A stretch of DNA of 64,000 bases from NCBI GenBank assembly GCA_013585095.1, contig GCA_013585095.1_3039.1; one strand, 5' to 3'. The translations under genes were made by a program, and so were the position numbers. Shown in pieces: positions 37,380 to 46,628 of this stretch. Below the pieces are notes generated by a model that saw only the letters and a list, made by a program, of their open reading frames with translations, was not told the DNA's origin and ran no database searches. Source of the stretch: a phage. Each line of letters starts with the position of its first letter. Position 1 is the stretch's first letter.

Positions 37380-37556
37380 ATGCCAATGTATGATTATAAA
37401 TGCCAATCCGAAGATTGCGGGCATGAATATGAAAAAATTAAAAAGATTTCTGAACGAGAAAATGATGTTTGCCCTAAATGTCATCGTCTGTCTACTCGTC
37501 GGCCTTCTGCTCCTAAGCATGTGAATGGCGGATTTTACGACTTACTTAAAGGATAA
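37380..37556 (+). CDS. small zinc-ribbon protein (58 aa)
   Basis: MPMYDYKC..DC..(17 aa)..CPKC; four-Cys ribbon resembling FmdB-type; read from sequence. Confidence 0.45.
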   Translation: MPMYDYKCQSEDCGHEYEKIKKISERENDVCPKCHRLSTRRPSAPKHVNGGFYDLLKG

Positions 37557-37558
37557 TT

Positions 37559-37930
37559 ATGTTTAAAATCGGTAAGAAATATCGTATTCGCGAAGGCGAA
37601 GAAAAGAAATATCTAATGTCTGCTATTTATAGGAATGGTTCTATTAATGCTGTAATATCTACAAGCGAATTTATCGTTGAAGATATGAAAGGTCATAATG
37701 TTACGATGATTAGTACAGCGTCTGGAAATAACGGAAAAATTCTTCACAGTTTTCAGAGTAATGTTCTAATTTATGCTGAAGAATTTGACTTCTTCGAAGA
37801 AGTCACAGAAGATTTTGATTTTGAATGCACTATTACCATGAAATCTGGCGACCCTCTTTCCTTTACAGTTAAAGATGAAAGAAGTCGCTTGAGAATTATT
37901 AGTCTTCTTCAAGCTATTAAATTTAAGTGA
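37559..37930 (+). CDS. hypothetical protein
   Basis: 123-aa ORF. Confidence 0.5.
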   Translation: MFKIGKKYRIREGEEKKYLMSAIYRNGSINAVISTSEFIVEDMKGHNVTMISTASGNNGKILHSFQSNVLIYAEEFDFFEEVTEDFDFECTITMKSGDPLSFTVKDERSRLRIISLLQAIKFK

Positions 37931-38196
37931 AAATTATGAAATATATTAATCGTTCTATCGCAGCATTAGTATTAGCAGTATCTTTAGTAGGATGTACTGA
38001 TGCTGATAATGCAACTAAAATTTTATCATCAAGTGGTTTTACGAATATTGAAATCACTGGATATAACTGGTTCGGTTGCTCTGAAAATGATTTCCAACAT
38101 ACTGGATTTCGTGCTATTGGACCTACCGGGCAGAAAGTAGAAGGAACAGTATGTTCTGGGCTGTTCTTTAAGGATTCAACTATTCGTTTTAAATAA
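37927..38196 (+). CDS. putative lipoprotein
   Basis: 89 aa; N-terminal signal with LVGC lipobox. Confidence 0.55.
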   Translation: MKIMKYINRSIAALVLAVSLVGCTDADNATKILSSSGFTNIEITGYNWFGCSENDFQHTGFRAIGPTGQKVEGTVCSGLFFKDSTIRFK

Positions 38197-38213
38197 AAGG
38201 CCTTCGGGCCTTT
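38197..38213 (+). terminator. terminator-like hairpin
   Basis: AAGGCC-TTCG-GGCCTT then TAGCTTTAT; near-copy of the element at 7275. Confidence 0.55.
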
Positions 38214-38265
38214 AGCTTTATGATTACTGGAGTATAATATTCCCGAAACCAAACGAGGATAAGTG

Positions 38266-40083
38266 ATGATTAAGAATGAAATTAAAATTCTGAGCGATAT
38301 TGAACATATCAAAAAGCGTAGCGGCATGTACATTGGCTCTTCAGCTAATGAAATGCATGAGCGCTTTCTGTTTGGTAAATGGGAAAGTGTTCAGTATGTA
38401 CCTGGTCTTGTTAAGCTTATTGATGAAATTATCGATAACTCAGTAGATGAAGGTATTCGTACTAAGTTTAAATTCGCAAATAAAATTAATGTTACTATCA
38501 AAAACAATCAAGTAACAGTTGAAGATAACGGTCGTGGTATTCCACAAGCGATGGTTAAAACACCTACCGGTGAAGAAATTCCTGGTCCAGTTGCTGCTTG
38601 GACTATTCCAAAAGCGGGTGGTAACTTCGGTGATGATAAAGAACGCGTCACCGGTGGTATGAATGGTGTTGGTTCTAGTTTGACAAACATTTTTTCTGTG
38701 ATGTTTGTCGGTGAAACTGGCGACGGTCAAAATAATATTGTAGTTCGTTGTTCAAATGGCATGGAAAATAAATCCTGGGAAGATATTCCTGGAAAATGGA
38801 AAGGAACCCGTGTTACTTTCATTCCTGATTTTATGTCATTTGAAACTAATGAGCTGTCCCAAGTTTATCTTGACATTACACTGGATCGTCTCCAGACACT
38901 TGCTGTTGTTTATCCTGATATTCAATTTACCTTTAATGGTAAAAAGGTTCAGGGCAATTTTAAGAAATATGCACGACAGTATGATGAACATGCTATTGTT
39001 CAAGAACAAGAAAATTGTTCTATTGCGGTTGGTCGTTCACCGGATGGTTTTCGTCAGTTAACATACGTCAATAACATTCACACTAAGAATGGTGGCCATC
39101 ATATTGACTGTGTTATGGATGATATTTGTGAAGACCTCATTCCACAAATCAAGCGCAAGTTCAAAATTGATGTAACTAAAGCGCGTGTCAAAGAATGTTT
39201 GACTATCGTTATGTTTGTTCGTGATATGAAAAACATGCGATTTGATTCTCAGACTAAAGAGCGTTTGACTTCTCCATTTGGTGAAATTCGTAGTCATATT
39301 CAGCTTGATGCTAAAAAGATTTCACGCGCTATTCTAAATAATGAAGCTATTTTGATGCCAATTATTGAAGCTGCCTTGGCCCGTAAATTAGCAGCAGAAA
39401 AAGCAGCAGAAACTAAAGCAGCTAAAAAGGCTTCTAAAGCTAAGGTTCATAAACATATCAAAGCGAATCTTTGCGGTAAAGATGCTGATACTACTCTTTT
39501 CTTGACTGAGGGTGATTCTGCTATCGGATATCTTATTGATGTTCGTGATAAAGAACTTCATGGTGGTTATCCATTACGTGGTAAAGTTCTTAACAGCTGG
39601 GGTATGTCATATGCTGATATGCTTAAAAACAAAGAACTGTTTGATATTTGCGCAATCACTGGATTAGTTCTTGGTGAAAAAGCTGAAAACTTGAATTATC
39701 ATAATATTGCTATTATGACCGATGCTGACCATGATGGTTTAGGAAGCATTTATCCTTCTCTGCTCGGATTTTTTAGTAATTGGCCAGAATTGTTTGAGCA
39801 AGGACGAATTCGCTTCGTCAAAACTCCTGTAATCATCGCTCAGGTCGGTAAAAAACAAGAATGGTTTTATACAGTCGCTGAATATGAGAGTGCCAAAGAT
39901 GCTCTACCTAAACATAGCATCCGTTATATTAAAGGACTTGGCTCTTTGGAAAAATCTGAATATCGTGAGATGATTCAAAATCCAGTATATGATGTTGTTA
40001 AACTTCCTGAGAATTGGAAAGAGCTTTTTGAAATGCTCATGGGAGATAATGCTGACCTTCGTAAAGAATGGATGAGCCAGTAG
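38266..40083 (+). CDS. 39: type II DNA topoisomerase ATPase subunit, single fused gene 39 (equivalent to T4 39 plus 60)
   Basis: 605 aa continuous; GHKL ATPase motifs at N-terminus; ORF-track GTG trimmed to ATG. Confidence 0.92.
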   Translation: MIKNEIKILSDIEHIKKRSGMYIGSSANEMHERFLFGKWESVQYVPGLVKLIDEIIDNSVDEGIRTKFKFANKINVTIKNNQVTVEDNGRGIPQAMVKTPTGEEIPGPVAAWTIPKAGGNFGDDKERVTGGMNGVGSSLTNIFSVMFVGETGDGQNNIVVRCSNGMENKSWEDIPGKWKGTRVTFIPDFMSFETNELSQVYLDITLDRLQTLAVVYPDIQFTFNGKKVQGNFKKYARQYDEHAIVQEQENCSIAVGRSPDGFRQLTYVNNIHTKNGGHHIDCVMDDICEDLIPQIKRKFKIDVTKARVKECLTIVMFVRDMKNMRFDSQTKERLTSPFGEIRSHIQLDAKKISRAILNNEAILMPIIEAALARKLAAEKAAETKAAKKASKAKVHKHIKANLCGKDADTTLFLTEGDSAIGYLIDVRDKELHGGYPLRGKVLNSWGMSYADMLKNKELFDICAITGLVLGEKAENLNYHNIAIMTDADHDGLGSIYPSLLGFFSNWPELFEQGRIRFVKTPVIIAQVGKKQEWFYTVAEYESAKDALPKHSIRYIKGLGSLEKSEYREMIQNPVYDVVKLPENWKELFEMLMGDNADLRKEWMSQ

Positions 40084-40112
40084 TTTACTTTACCACAAGG
40101 ATGTGGTATAAT
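40083..40112 (+). promoter_or_regulatory. early promoter, starts at gene 39 stop codon
   Basis: TAG-TTTACT, 17 bp, TGG-TATAAT; inverted repeat CCACA/TGTGG in spacer. Confidence 0.6.
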
Positions 40113-40137
40113 TAATTGGGCAAATGAGGATATTGAA

Positions 40138-40341
40138 ATGAAATCATATAGAGTAAATTTAGAACTTTTTGATAAAGCAGTTCATCGAGAATATAGAATC
40201 ATTCAACGCTTTTTCGATATGGGAGAAGCCGAAGAATTTAAAAACCGCTTTAAAGATATTAGAGATAAAATTCAATCCGACACTGCAACTAAAGATGAAC
40301 TACTAGAAGTTGCTGAAGTTATTAAGCGTAATATGAATTAA
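40138..40341 (+). CDS. hypothetical protein (T4 rIIA.1 position)
   Basis: 67-aa ORF with GAGGA SD. Confidence 0.5.
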   Translation: MKSYRVNLELFDKAVHREYRIIQRFFDMGEAEEFKNRFKDIRDKIQSDTATKDELLEVAEVIKRNMN

Positions 40342-40351
40342 TGAGGAAATT

Positions 40352-42529
40352 ATGATTATCACCACTGAAAAAGAAACAATTCTTGGCAATGGTTCTAAAT
40401 CAAAAGCATTTAGCATCGCAGCAAATCCTAAAGTATTTAAAATTCTATCATCTGATTTGTATACAAACAAGATTCGCGCAGTGGTCCGTGAATTGATTAC
40501 CAACATGATTGATGCCCATGCTCTCAATGGAAATCCTGAAAAATTTATCATTCAAGTTCCTGGACGTTTAGATCCACGATTTGTTTGCCGAGATTTTGGT
40601 CCCGGTATGAGTGATTTTGATATTCAGGGTGATGATAATTCTCCCGGTCTGTATAATTCATACTTCAGTTCATCTAAGGCTGAATCTAACGATTTCATTG
40701 GCGGATTTGGTTTAGGTTCTAAATCTCCGTTTAGTTATACTGATACATTTAGTATTACTTCGTATCATAAAGGTGAAATTCGTGGCTATGTAGCTTACAT
40801 GGATGGTGATGGTCCACAGATTAAACCTACATTCGTAAAAGAAATGGGTCCAGATGATAAAACTGGTATTGAAATCGTAGTTCCAGTTGAAGAAAAAGAC
40901 TTTAGAAACTTTGCTTATGAAGTTTCTTATATCATGCGACCGTTCAAAGATTTGGCTATCATTAATGGTCTTGACCGTGAAATTGATTATTTTCCGGATT
41001 TTGATGATTATTACGGTGTAAATCCAGAAAGATACTGGCCTGATCGTGGTGGATTATATGCTATCTATGGCGGTATTGTTTATCCTATCGATGGTGTTAT
41101 TAGAGACCGTAATTGGCTAAGCATTCGCAATGAAGTGAATTACATTAAGTTTCCAATGGGTTCACTTGATATTGCTCCATCTCGCGAGGCTCTTTCACTT
41201 GATGATCGTACTCGTAAAAATATTATTGAGCGAGTTAAAGAACTCAGTGAGAAAGCATTTAATGAAGATGTAAAACGATTTAAAGAATCTACATCTCCTC
41301 GTCACACATATCGTGAATTGATGAAGATGGGGTATTCTGCTCGAGATTATATGATTAGTAATTCGGTCAAATTCACGACTAAAAATCTGTCATATAAAAA
41401 GATGCAGAGCATGTTTGAACCTGACAGTAAGTTATGTAATGCAGGCGTGGTGTATGAAGTAAATCTTGACCCTCGACTGAAGCGCATTAAGCAAAGTCAT
41501 GAAACATCAGCCGTTGCATCAAGTTATCGTCTGTTTGGTATTAATACAACAAAAATTAATATCGTTATTGATAATATTAAAAATCGTGTTAATATTGTCC
41601 GTGGATTAGCGCATGCGTTAGATGATAGTGAATTTAATAACACTTTGAATATTCATCATAACGAACGCCTTTTGTTTATTAACCCAGAAGTAGAATCGCA
41701 GATTGATTTACTCCCTGATATTATGGCGATGTTTGAAAGTGATGAAGTTAACATTCATTATTTGTCAGAAATTGAAGCTTTAGTTAAAAGCTATATTCCA
41801 AAGGTAGTTAAAAGTAAAGCTCCTCGTCCTAAAGCTGCTACAGCATTTAAATTTGAAATTAAAGATGGACGATGGGAAAAAGAGGAACTATTTACACTTA
41901 CGTCAGAAGCAGATGAAATTACTGGTTATGTAGCGTATATGCATCGTTCTGATATTTTCTCTATGGATGGTACTACATCGCTTTGTCATCCATCTATGAA
42001 TATTTTGATTCGTATGGCTAATCTTATTGGCATTAATGAATTTTATGTTATTCGTCCGCTTTTGCAGAAAAAGGTAAAAGAGCTTGGTCAGTGCCAATGT
42101 ATTTTTGAAGCTTTACGTGATTTATATGTAGATGCTTTTGATGATGTAGATTATGATAAGTATGTAGGTTATTCAAGTTCAGCTCAACGATATATTGATA
42201 AAATTATCAAGTATCCTGAACTAGATTTTATGATGAAGTACTTCAGTACAGATGAAGTTTCTGAAGAATATACACGACTTGGTAATATGGTTAGTTCATT
42301 ACGCGGTGTGTATTTCAATGGTGGAAAAGATACCATCGGTCATGATATCTGGACAGTAACTAATCTCTTTGATGAATTATCACGTAATGCTTCAAAAAAT
42401 AGTGATAAAATGGTTGCTGAGTTTACCAAGAAATTCCGTATTGTTTCCGACTTCATCGGTTATCGCAACTCTTTAAGTGATGATGAAGTTTCCCAAATCG
42501 CTAAAACTATGAAGGCCCTTGCGGCCTAA
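40352..42529 (+). CDS. rIIA: rIIA protein
   Basis: 725 aa; N-terminal ATPase-like region; T4 synteny after 39. Confidence 0.9.
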   Translation: MIITTEKETILGNGSKSKAFSIAANPKVFKILSSDLYTNKIRAVVRELITNMIDAHALNGNPEKFIIQVPGRLDPRFVCRDFGPGMSDFDIQGDDNSPGLYNSYFSSSKAESNDFIGGFGLGSKSPFSYTDTFSITSYHKGEIRGYVAYMDGDGPQIKPTFVKEMGPDDKTGIEIVVPVEEKDFRNFAYEVSYIMRPFKDLAIINGLDREIDYFPDFDDYYGVNPERYWPDRGGLYAIYGGIVYPIDGVIRDRNWLSIRNEVNYIKFPMGSLDIAPSREALSLDDRTRKNIIERVKELSEKAFNEDVKRFKESTSPRHTYRELMKMGYSARDYMISNSVKFTTKNLSYKKMQSMFEPDSKLCNAGVVYEVNLDPRLKRIKQSHETSAVASSYRLFGINTTKINIVIDNIKNRVNIVRGLAHALDDSEFNNTLNIHHNERLLFINPEVESQIDLLPDIMAMFESDEVNIHYLSEIEALVKSYIPKVVKSKAPRPKAATAFKFEIKDGRWEKEELFTLTSEADEITGYVAYMHRSDIFSMDGTTSLCHPSMNILIRMANLIGINEFYVIRPLLQKKVKELGQCQCIFEALRDLYVDAFDDVDYDKYVGYSSSAQRYIDKIIKYPELDFMMKYFSTDEVSEEYTRLGNMVSSLRGVYFNGGKDTIGHDIWTVTNLFDELSRNASKNSDKMVAEFTKKFRIVSDFIGYRNSLSDDEVSQIAKTMKALAA

Positions 42530-42540
42530 TAAGGAAAATT

Positions 42541-43479
42541 ATGTACAATATTAAATGCCTGACCAAAAACGAACAAGCTGAAATTGTTAAATTGTATTCA
42601 AGCGGTAATTACACCCAACAGGAATTGGCTGATTGGCAAGGTGTATCGGTTGACACAATTCGTCGTGTTTTGAAAAATGCTGAAGAAGCTAAACGCTCTA
42701 AAGTTACTATTAGCGGTGACATTACGGTTAAAGTTAATAGCGATACAGCTATTGCTCCAGTTACTAAATCTGACATTATTTGGAATGCATCTAAAAAATT
42801 CATTTCAATTACTGTTGACGGTGTAACTTATAACGCAACTCCTAATACTCATTCAAACTTCCAGGAAATTCTTAATCTGCTTGTAGCAGATAAGTTGGAA
42901 GAAGCGGTACAAAAAATTAATGTTCGTCGCGCTGTTGAAAAATATATTTCCGGCGATGTTCGAATTGAAGGCGGAAGCTTGTTCTATCAAAATATCGAAT
43001 TACGGTCTGGTTTAGTTGATCGTATTCTCGATTCGATGGAAAAAGGTGAAAACTTTGAATTTTATTTTCCGTTCTTGGAAAATCTGCTGGAAAACCCAAG
43101 CCAGAAAGCGGTATCTCGACTCTTTGATTTCTTGGTAGCAAACGATATTGAAATTACAGAAGATGGTTACTTCTATGCTTGGAAAGTAGTTCGTGACAAC
43201 TACTTTGACTGTCACTCAAACACCTTTGATAACAGTCCTGGTAAAGTAGTTAAAATGCCGCGTACTCGTGTGAATGACGATGATACACAAACTTGTTCTC
43301 GTGGTCTGCATGTGTGTTCTAAATCTTATATTCGTCACTTTGGCAGTTCAACCAGCCGAGTTGTAAAAGTTAAAGTACATCCACGTGATGTAGTATCAAT
43401 TCCGATTGATTACAACGATGCTAAAATGCGTACCTGCCAATACGAAGTAGTTGAAGACGTTACTGAACAATTTAAATAA
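42541..43479 (+). CDS. rIIB: rIIB protein
   Basis: 312 aa, immediately downstream of rIIA. Confidence 0.88.
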   Translation: MYNIKCLTKNEQAEIVKLYSSGNYTQQELADWQGVSVDTIRRVLKNAEEAKRSKVTISGDITVKVNSDTAIAPVTKSDIIWNASKKFISITVDGVTYNATPNTHSNFQEILNLLVADKLEEAVQKINVRRAVEKYISGDVRIEGGSLFYQNIELRSGLVDRILDSMEKGENFEFYFPFLENLLENPSQKAVSRLFDFLVANDIEITEDGYFYAWKVVRDNYFDCHSNTFDNSPGKVVKMPRTRVNDDDTQTCSRGLHVCSKSYIRHFGSSTSRVVKVKVHPRDVVSIPIDYNDAKMRTCQYEVVEDVTEQFK

Positions 43480-43493
43480 GGGCTTCGGCCCTT
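43478..43493 (+). other. GC hairpin with UUCG loop (RNA stability element or weak terminator)
   Basis: AAGGGC-TTCG-GCCCTT, weak U tract. Confidence 0.45.
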
Positions 43494-43511
43494 ATCATAT
43501 TAAGGAAAATT

Positions 43512-43706
43512 ATGTTAGGTTATCAAGCACGAGTAAAAGAAGAATACGATCAATTAATGCTCAAAATTAATGCACTGAGCAAATTTTTAGAAAGCACAAA
43601 GTTTCTAACGGTTAGTGCAGTTGAGCAAGAACTGCTGCTTTCACAGTTCATCTCAATGAAATCTTATGCTGAGTGTCTAGAGAAAAGAATCGCACAATTC
43701 AAATAA
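43512..43706 (+). CDS. hypothetical helical protein
   Basis: 64-aa ORF with AGGAAAA SD. Confidence 0.5.
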   Translation: MLGYQARVKEEYDQLMLKINALSKFLESTKFLTVSAVEQELLLSQFISMKSYAECLEKRIAQFK

Positions 43707-43709
43707 AAT

Positions 43710-43732
43710 AAGGGCTTCGGCCCTTTTGTTTT
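43710..43732 (+). terminator. rho-independent terminator
   Basis: GGGC-TTCG-GCCC then TTTTGTTTT. Confidence 0.8.
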
Positions 43733-43769
43733 AAGAGAAATTATGATTCCGACATAAAGGAAAGTTTAA

Positions 43770-44327
43770 ATGCAGAAAACGAATCCGGGTTTGCAGAGAC
43801 TATTTCAGATTCCGACATTTACTCTATCGAACAGCGATTTAACCAATGAAATGAAGGTCAAAATTGCTGATACAGCAAGATACTCTTTAAAACAAAACCC
43901 GAACCAGGATAAGGCAGAAGTTATCGAAAGATGTCGTATCGCTGTGTATGCTGAGTATGTTGTAGCAGATTGGTTAAGCGGGTATGTTAATAAAGGTCAA
44001 GAAGATGTCGATGATCCGTACACATATGCATGGGATGTTTTAGCGCATCCAAAATATTGCGGGCTTCGTGTAGAAGTCAAAACACATCAAACTGACTCGC
44101 GTTGGATTTCGGTAACAACGGGATGCAGCGGAGAGTATCCATATGGTTCTGGAATAAATTTAGGGCCCATTCTAAATCATCAAGTCGCTGACTGTATAAT
44201 TATATTCAACACTAAAGAAATTCATCCAGGTGTCATCCAGTACACTCCGAAGTTCATCGGTGACAGAGAAGACCTTCGTAAGGTTGTAAGAAAAAGCAAC
44301 TACAACGGATGGTATCTTTCCATTTAA
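43770..44327 (+). CDS. denB: endonuclease IV DenB
   Basis: 185 aa, downstream of rIIB as in T4. Confidence 0.8.
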   Translation: MQKTNPGLQRLFQIPTFTLSNSDLTNEMKVKIADTARYSLKQNPNQDKAEVIERCRIAVYAEYVVADWLSGYVNKGQEDVDDPYTYAWDVLAHPKYCGLRVEVKTHQTDSRWISVTTGCSGEYPYGSGINLGPILNHQVADCIIIFNTKEIHPGVIQYTPKFIGDREDLRKVVRKSNYNGWYLSI

Positions 44328-44403
44328 AAATTTTTTCACAAAACGGTTTACATACCACAAGGACCGTGGTACTATTACCCTATCAACTACGGAGGAGCGG
44401 AAA
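44328..44403 (+). promoter_or_regulatory. promoter-leader cassette copy 3
   Basis: TTTTTTCACAAAACGGTTTACA, 17 bp, TACTAT, leader TACCCTATCAACTACGGAGGAG..AAAATG. Confidence 0.6.
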
Positions 44404-44667
44404 ATGAAATTTAAATTTTATTACGCTAAACATAAAATAACTGATGAGTTTGTGTCAGTTGAATATTCTAGCGATGATGAAGGTATGATTTATACTCGCT
44501 TAGGATTATCGCATTGGGAGTCTGATACGCCTTATTTTTCAACTCCCGAAGAAATTACACGCTTAGTTAATGGTCATATGAATGACCACTGGAATGTAAT
44601 TCTTTCAGATAGTCTTAAAGCGGCTATTAATAGTAATGAAATGAAAATCGCTGAGATTGAGTTATGA
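44404..44667 (+). CDS. hypothetical protein
   Basis: 87-aa ORF. Confidence 0.5.
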   Translation: MKFKFYYAKHKITDEFVSVEYSSDDEGMIYTRLGLSHWESDTPYFSTPEEITRLVNGHMNDHWNVILSDSLKAAINSNEMKIAEIEL

Positions 44668-44839
44668 GTTCACTATGGTGGTGTTTCGTTTGGTTAATTA
44701 GTATTCCATTAATTTGTTTAACATTTACTTTTGTAATGAGATTATTATGAAAATTTTGAATTCTGTACTTATTGCTTGCGCGTGGTGGGTTGCACAGGTT
44801 TCAGCGGTAGTAGTTGGTATTCACATTTATTACGAATAT

Positions 44840-44910
44840 TTTTAAAAAAGTTGTTTACAAGACTGTTCTTCCGTGGTACTATTACTCTATCAACTACGGA
44901 GGAACAGAAA
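44840..44910 (+). promoter_or_regulatory. promoter-leader cassette copy 4
   Basis: AAAAAAGTTGTTTACAAGACTGTTCTTCCGTGG-TACTAT, leader TACTCTATCAACTACGGAGGAAC..AAAATG. Confidence 0.6.
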
Positions 44911-45024
44911 ATGAAAAAGATTATTAAAGCTATATGGAATGTAGTTATAATATTAATAGTTTTGAGTATATTCCCAATCGTTTTAATGATTGATGTATTA
45001 AACGCTTACTTTGGATTTATGTGA
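44911..45024 (+). CDS. hypothetical small membrane protein (37 aa)
   Basis: ORF-track 44776 trimmed to ATG after GGAGGAACAGAAA; one hydrophobic helix. Confidence 0.4.
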   Translation: MKKIIKAIWNVVIILIVLSIFPIVLMIDVLNAYFGFM

Positions 45025-45031
45025 GGAAAAT

Positions 45032-45229
45032 ATGAAGCGTAAACGCAGTGCTTTTACATTTATTGAATGGTTTTTCGATAATATTTTTCCGGCTTTATTC
45101 ATTTTCATGCTGATTTTTGCCTTAGGTTCAGTTGTAGTTGGAATCTATTTGATGGCGGTAGTCGGAATGGATATTCATCAAAATGGTTTAAAATCCGTAG
45201 TTGAAACAATTTGGAATGGTGTAAAATAA
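45032..45229 (+). CDS. hypothetical membrane protein
   Basis: ORF-track 45011 (TTG) trimmed to ATG after GAGGAAAAT; 65 aa, two hydrophobic segments. Confidence 0.45.
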   Translation: MKRKRSAFTFIEWFFDNIFPALFIFMLIFALGSVVVGIYLMAVVGMDIHQNGLKSVVETIWNGVK

Positions 45230-45336
45230 TGAATTTACTAAACATTTGGTTTTATATTCTTATGTTTTACATTGGCGCAAATTTTCCATATTGGATGGGA
45301 TGGTCAACAACTGCATTTGGATTTTATACTCCTTGA
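45229..45336 (+). CDS. hypothetical tiny hydrophobic protein (35 aa)
   Basis: ATG overlaps previous stop (TAATG); read from sequence. Confidence 0.3.
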   Translation: MNLLNIWFYILMFYIGANFPYWMGWSTTAFGFYTP

Positions 45337-45344
45337 GGTGAATT

Positions 45345-45560
45345 ATGAAAATCTTTAAAGATGTAAAAGTTGGTGAAATTTTCTGTTTAGATAACGGTGA
45401 TCAGTTAATTCGTATTTCACCTCTTAAGAGCACTAGCGAGAAACCGACAGTTAATGCTACTTTAGCAAATAATAGTAATGAACGTTTCTGTATTGAAAAT
45501 GATACTGAAACTTACACCGTAGAAGAATTCTGGGAATTGAGCGTCGACTGCGACGAGTAA
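45345..45560 (+). CDS. hypothetical protein
   Basis: 71-aa ORF with GAGGTGAATT SD. Confidence 0.5.
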   Translation: MKIFKDVKVGEIFCLDNGDQLIRISPLKSTSEKPTVNATLANNSNERFCIENDTETYTVEEFWELSVDCDE

Positions 45561-45620
45561 TTTAATGGCCGTGTGTATTCATGCGGCCTTGGAGTAGAAA
45601 ATAATTTAGAGGAAATTAAT

Positions 45621-46079
45621 ATGAAATATATGACTGTTACTGATCTGAACAACGCAGGTGCTACTGTTATTGGTACAATCAAGGGTGGTGAATGGTTTTT
45701 GGGAACTCCGCATAAAGATATTTTATCTAAACCTGGATTTTACTTTTTAGTAAGTAAATTAGATGGTCGTCTATTTAGTAATCCATGCGTGTCTGCACGA
45801 TTTTATGTAGGTAATCAGCGTTCTAAGCAAGGATTCAGTGCAGTTCTAAGTCATATTCGTCAACGTCGGTCTCAGCTTGCACGTACTATTGCAAATAACA
45901 ATGTTCCATACACAGTATTTTATCTGCCTGCTTCTAAGATGAAACCTCTGACGACAGGATTTGGTAAAGGTCAGTTAGCTTTGGCGTTTACTCGTAATCA
46001 TCATTCTGAGTATCAAACACTTGAAGAAATGAACCGTATGTTGGCTGATAACTTTAAATTCGTTTTGCAGGCATATTAA
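45621..46079 (+). CDS. ndd: nucleoid disruption protein Ndd
   Basis: ORF-track 45573 trimmed to ATG after GAGGAAATTAAT; 152 aa; position between denB and stp/ac. Confidence 0.85.
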
Positions 46080-46159
46080 TGAGTAATTTCCACAACGAAC
46101 ACGTGATGCAGTTCTATCGTAACAATCTTAAAACCAAAGGCGTCTTCGGACGCCAGTGA
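46079..46159 (+). CDS. stp: Stp peptide (26 aa; activator of the host PrrC anticodon nuclease in T4)
   Basis: 26-codon ORF, ATG overlapping ndd stop (TAATG), sequence [26 protein letters not shown]; read from sequence. Confidence 0.65.
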
Positions 46160-46166
46160 GGAAAAT

Positions 46167-46322
46167 ATGAAATTTGTTCACGGTATAGCCTTTTTCTGTT
46201 GGTTCTTTTTATGCATCGGAACAGTAATAACTGGAGAAACTTCAGTATTTTTGCAAGCATCAGCTCAGGGCGTATTAGCGATTTTATCATTATTCGCGTA
46301 CATTGGTTCTAAAAATAGTTGA
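46167..46322 (+). CDS. small membrane protein, paralog of Ac (51 aa)
   Basis: GAGGAAAAT SD; shares FxCW..SVF.QA.AQG pattern with next ORF; read from sequence. Confidence 0.4.
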   Translation: MKFVHGIAFFCWFFLCIGTVITGETSVFLQASAQGVLAILSLFAYIGSKNS

Positions 46323-46332
46323 GGAGAATATT

Positions 46333-46491
46333 ATGAATATCGCAAAATTATTAGGAGTTATTTCATTTATTTGTTGGATAGTAGCATGTGTTTTAACTAT
46401 CTGTATTGATGCTAGCAGTGTGTTTTCGCAAGCTTTAGCTCAGGGTATGTGTGCATATTTAACATTTGTGTTGTTATCTACTAATGATTAA
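46333..46491 (+). CDS. ac: Ac-like small membrane protein (acriflavine sensitivity locus position)
   Basis: ORF-track 46303 (TTG) trimmed to ATG after GAGGAGAATATT; 52 aa hydrophobic. Confidence 0.5.
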   Translation: MNIAKLLGVISFICWIVACVLTICIDASSVFSQALAQGMCAYLTFVLLSTND

Positions 46492-46624
46492 GAAAATCTT
46501 GGGCTATTCATTAGCCCTTGCTATTTTATTAATAGCACTATATTATGGAGTAATGTTTGGATTAATTCAAGTCGTGCTTTTCATTTCTGATGTTATTATG
46601 GCACTACATTCACTAGTATGGTAA
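46484..46624 (+). CDS. hypothetical small membrane protein (46 aa)
   Basis: overlaps ac 3' end; hydrophobic; read from sequence. Confidence 0.3.
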   Translation: MIKKILGYSLALAILLIALYYGVMFGLIQVVLFISDVIMALHSLVW

Positions 46625-46628
46625 ATTT

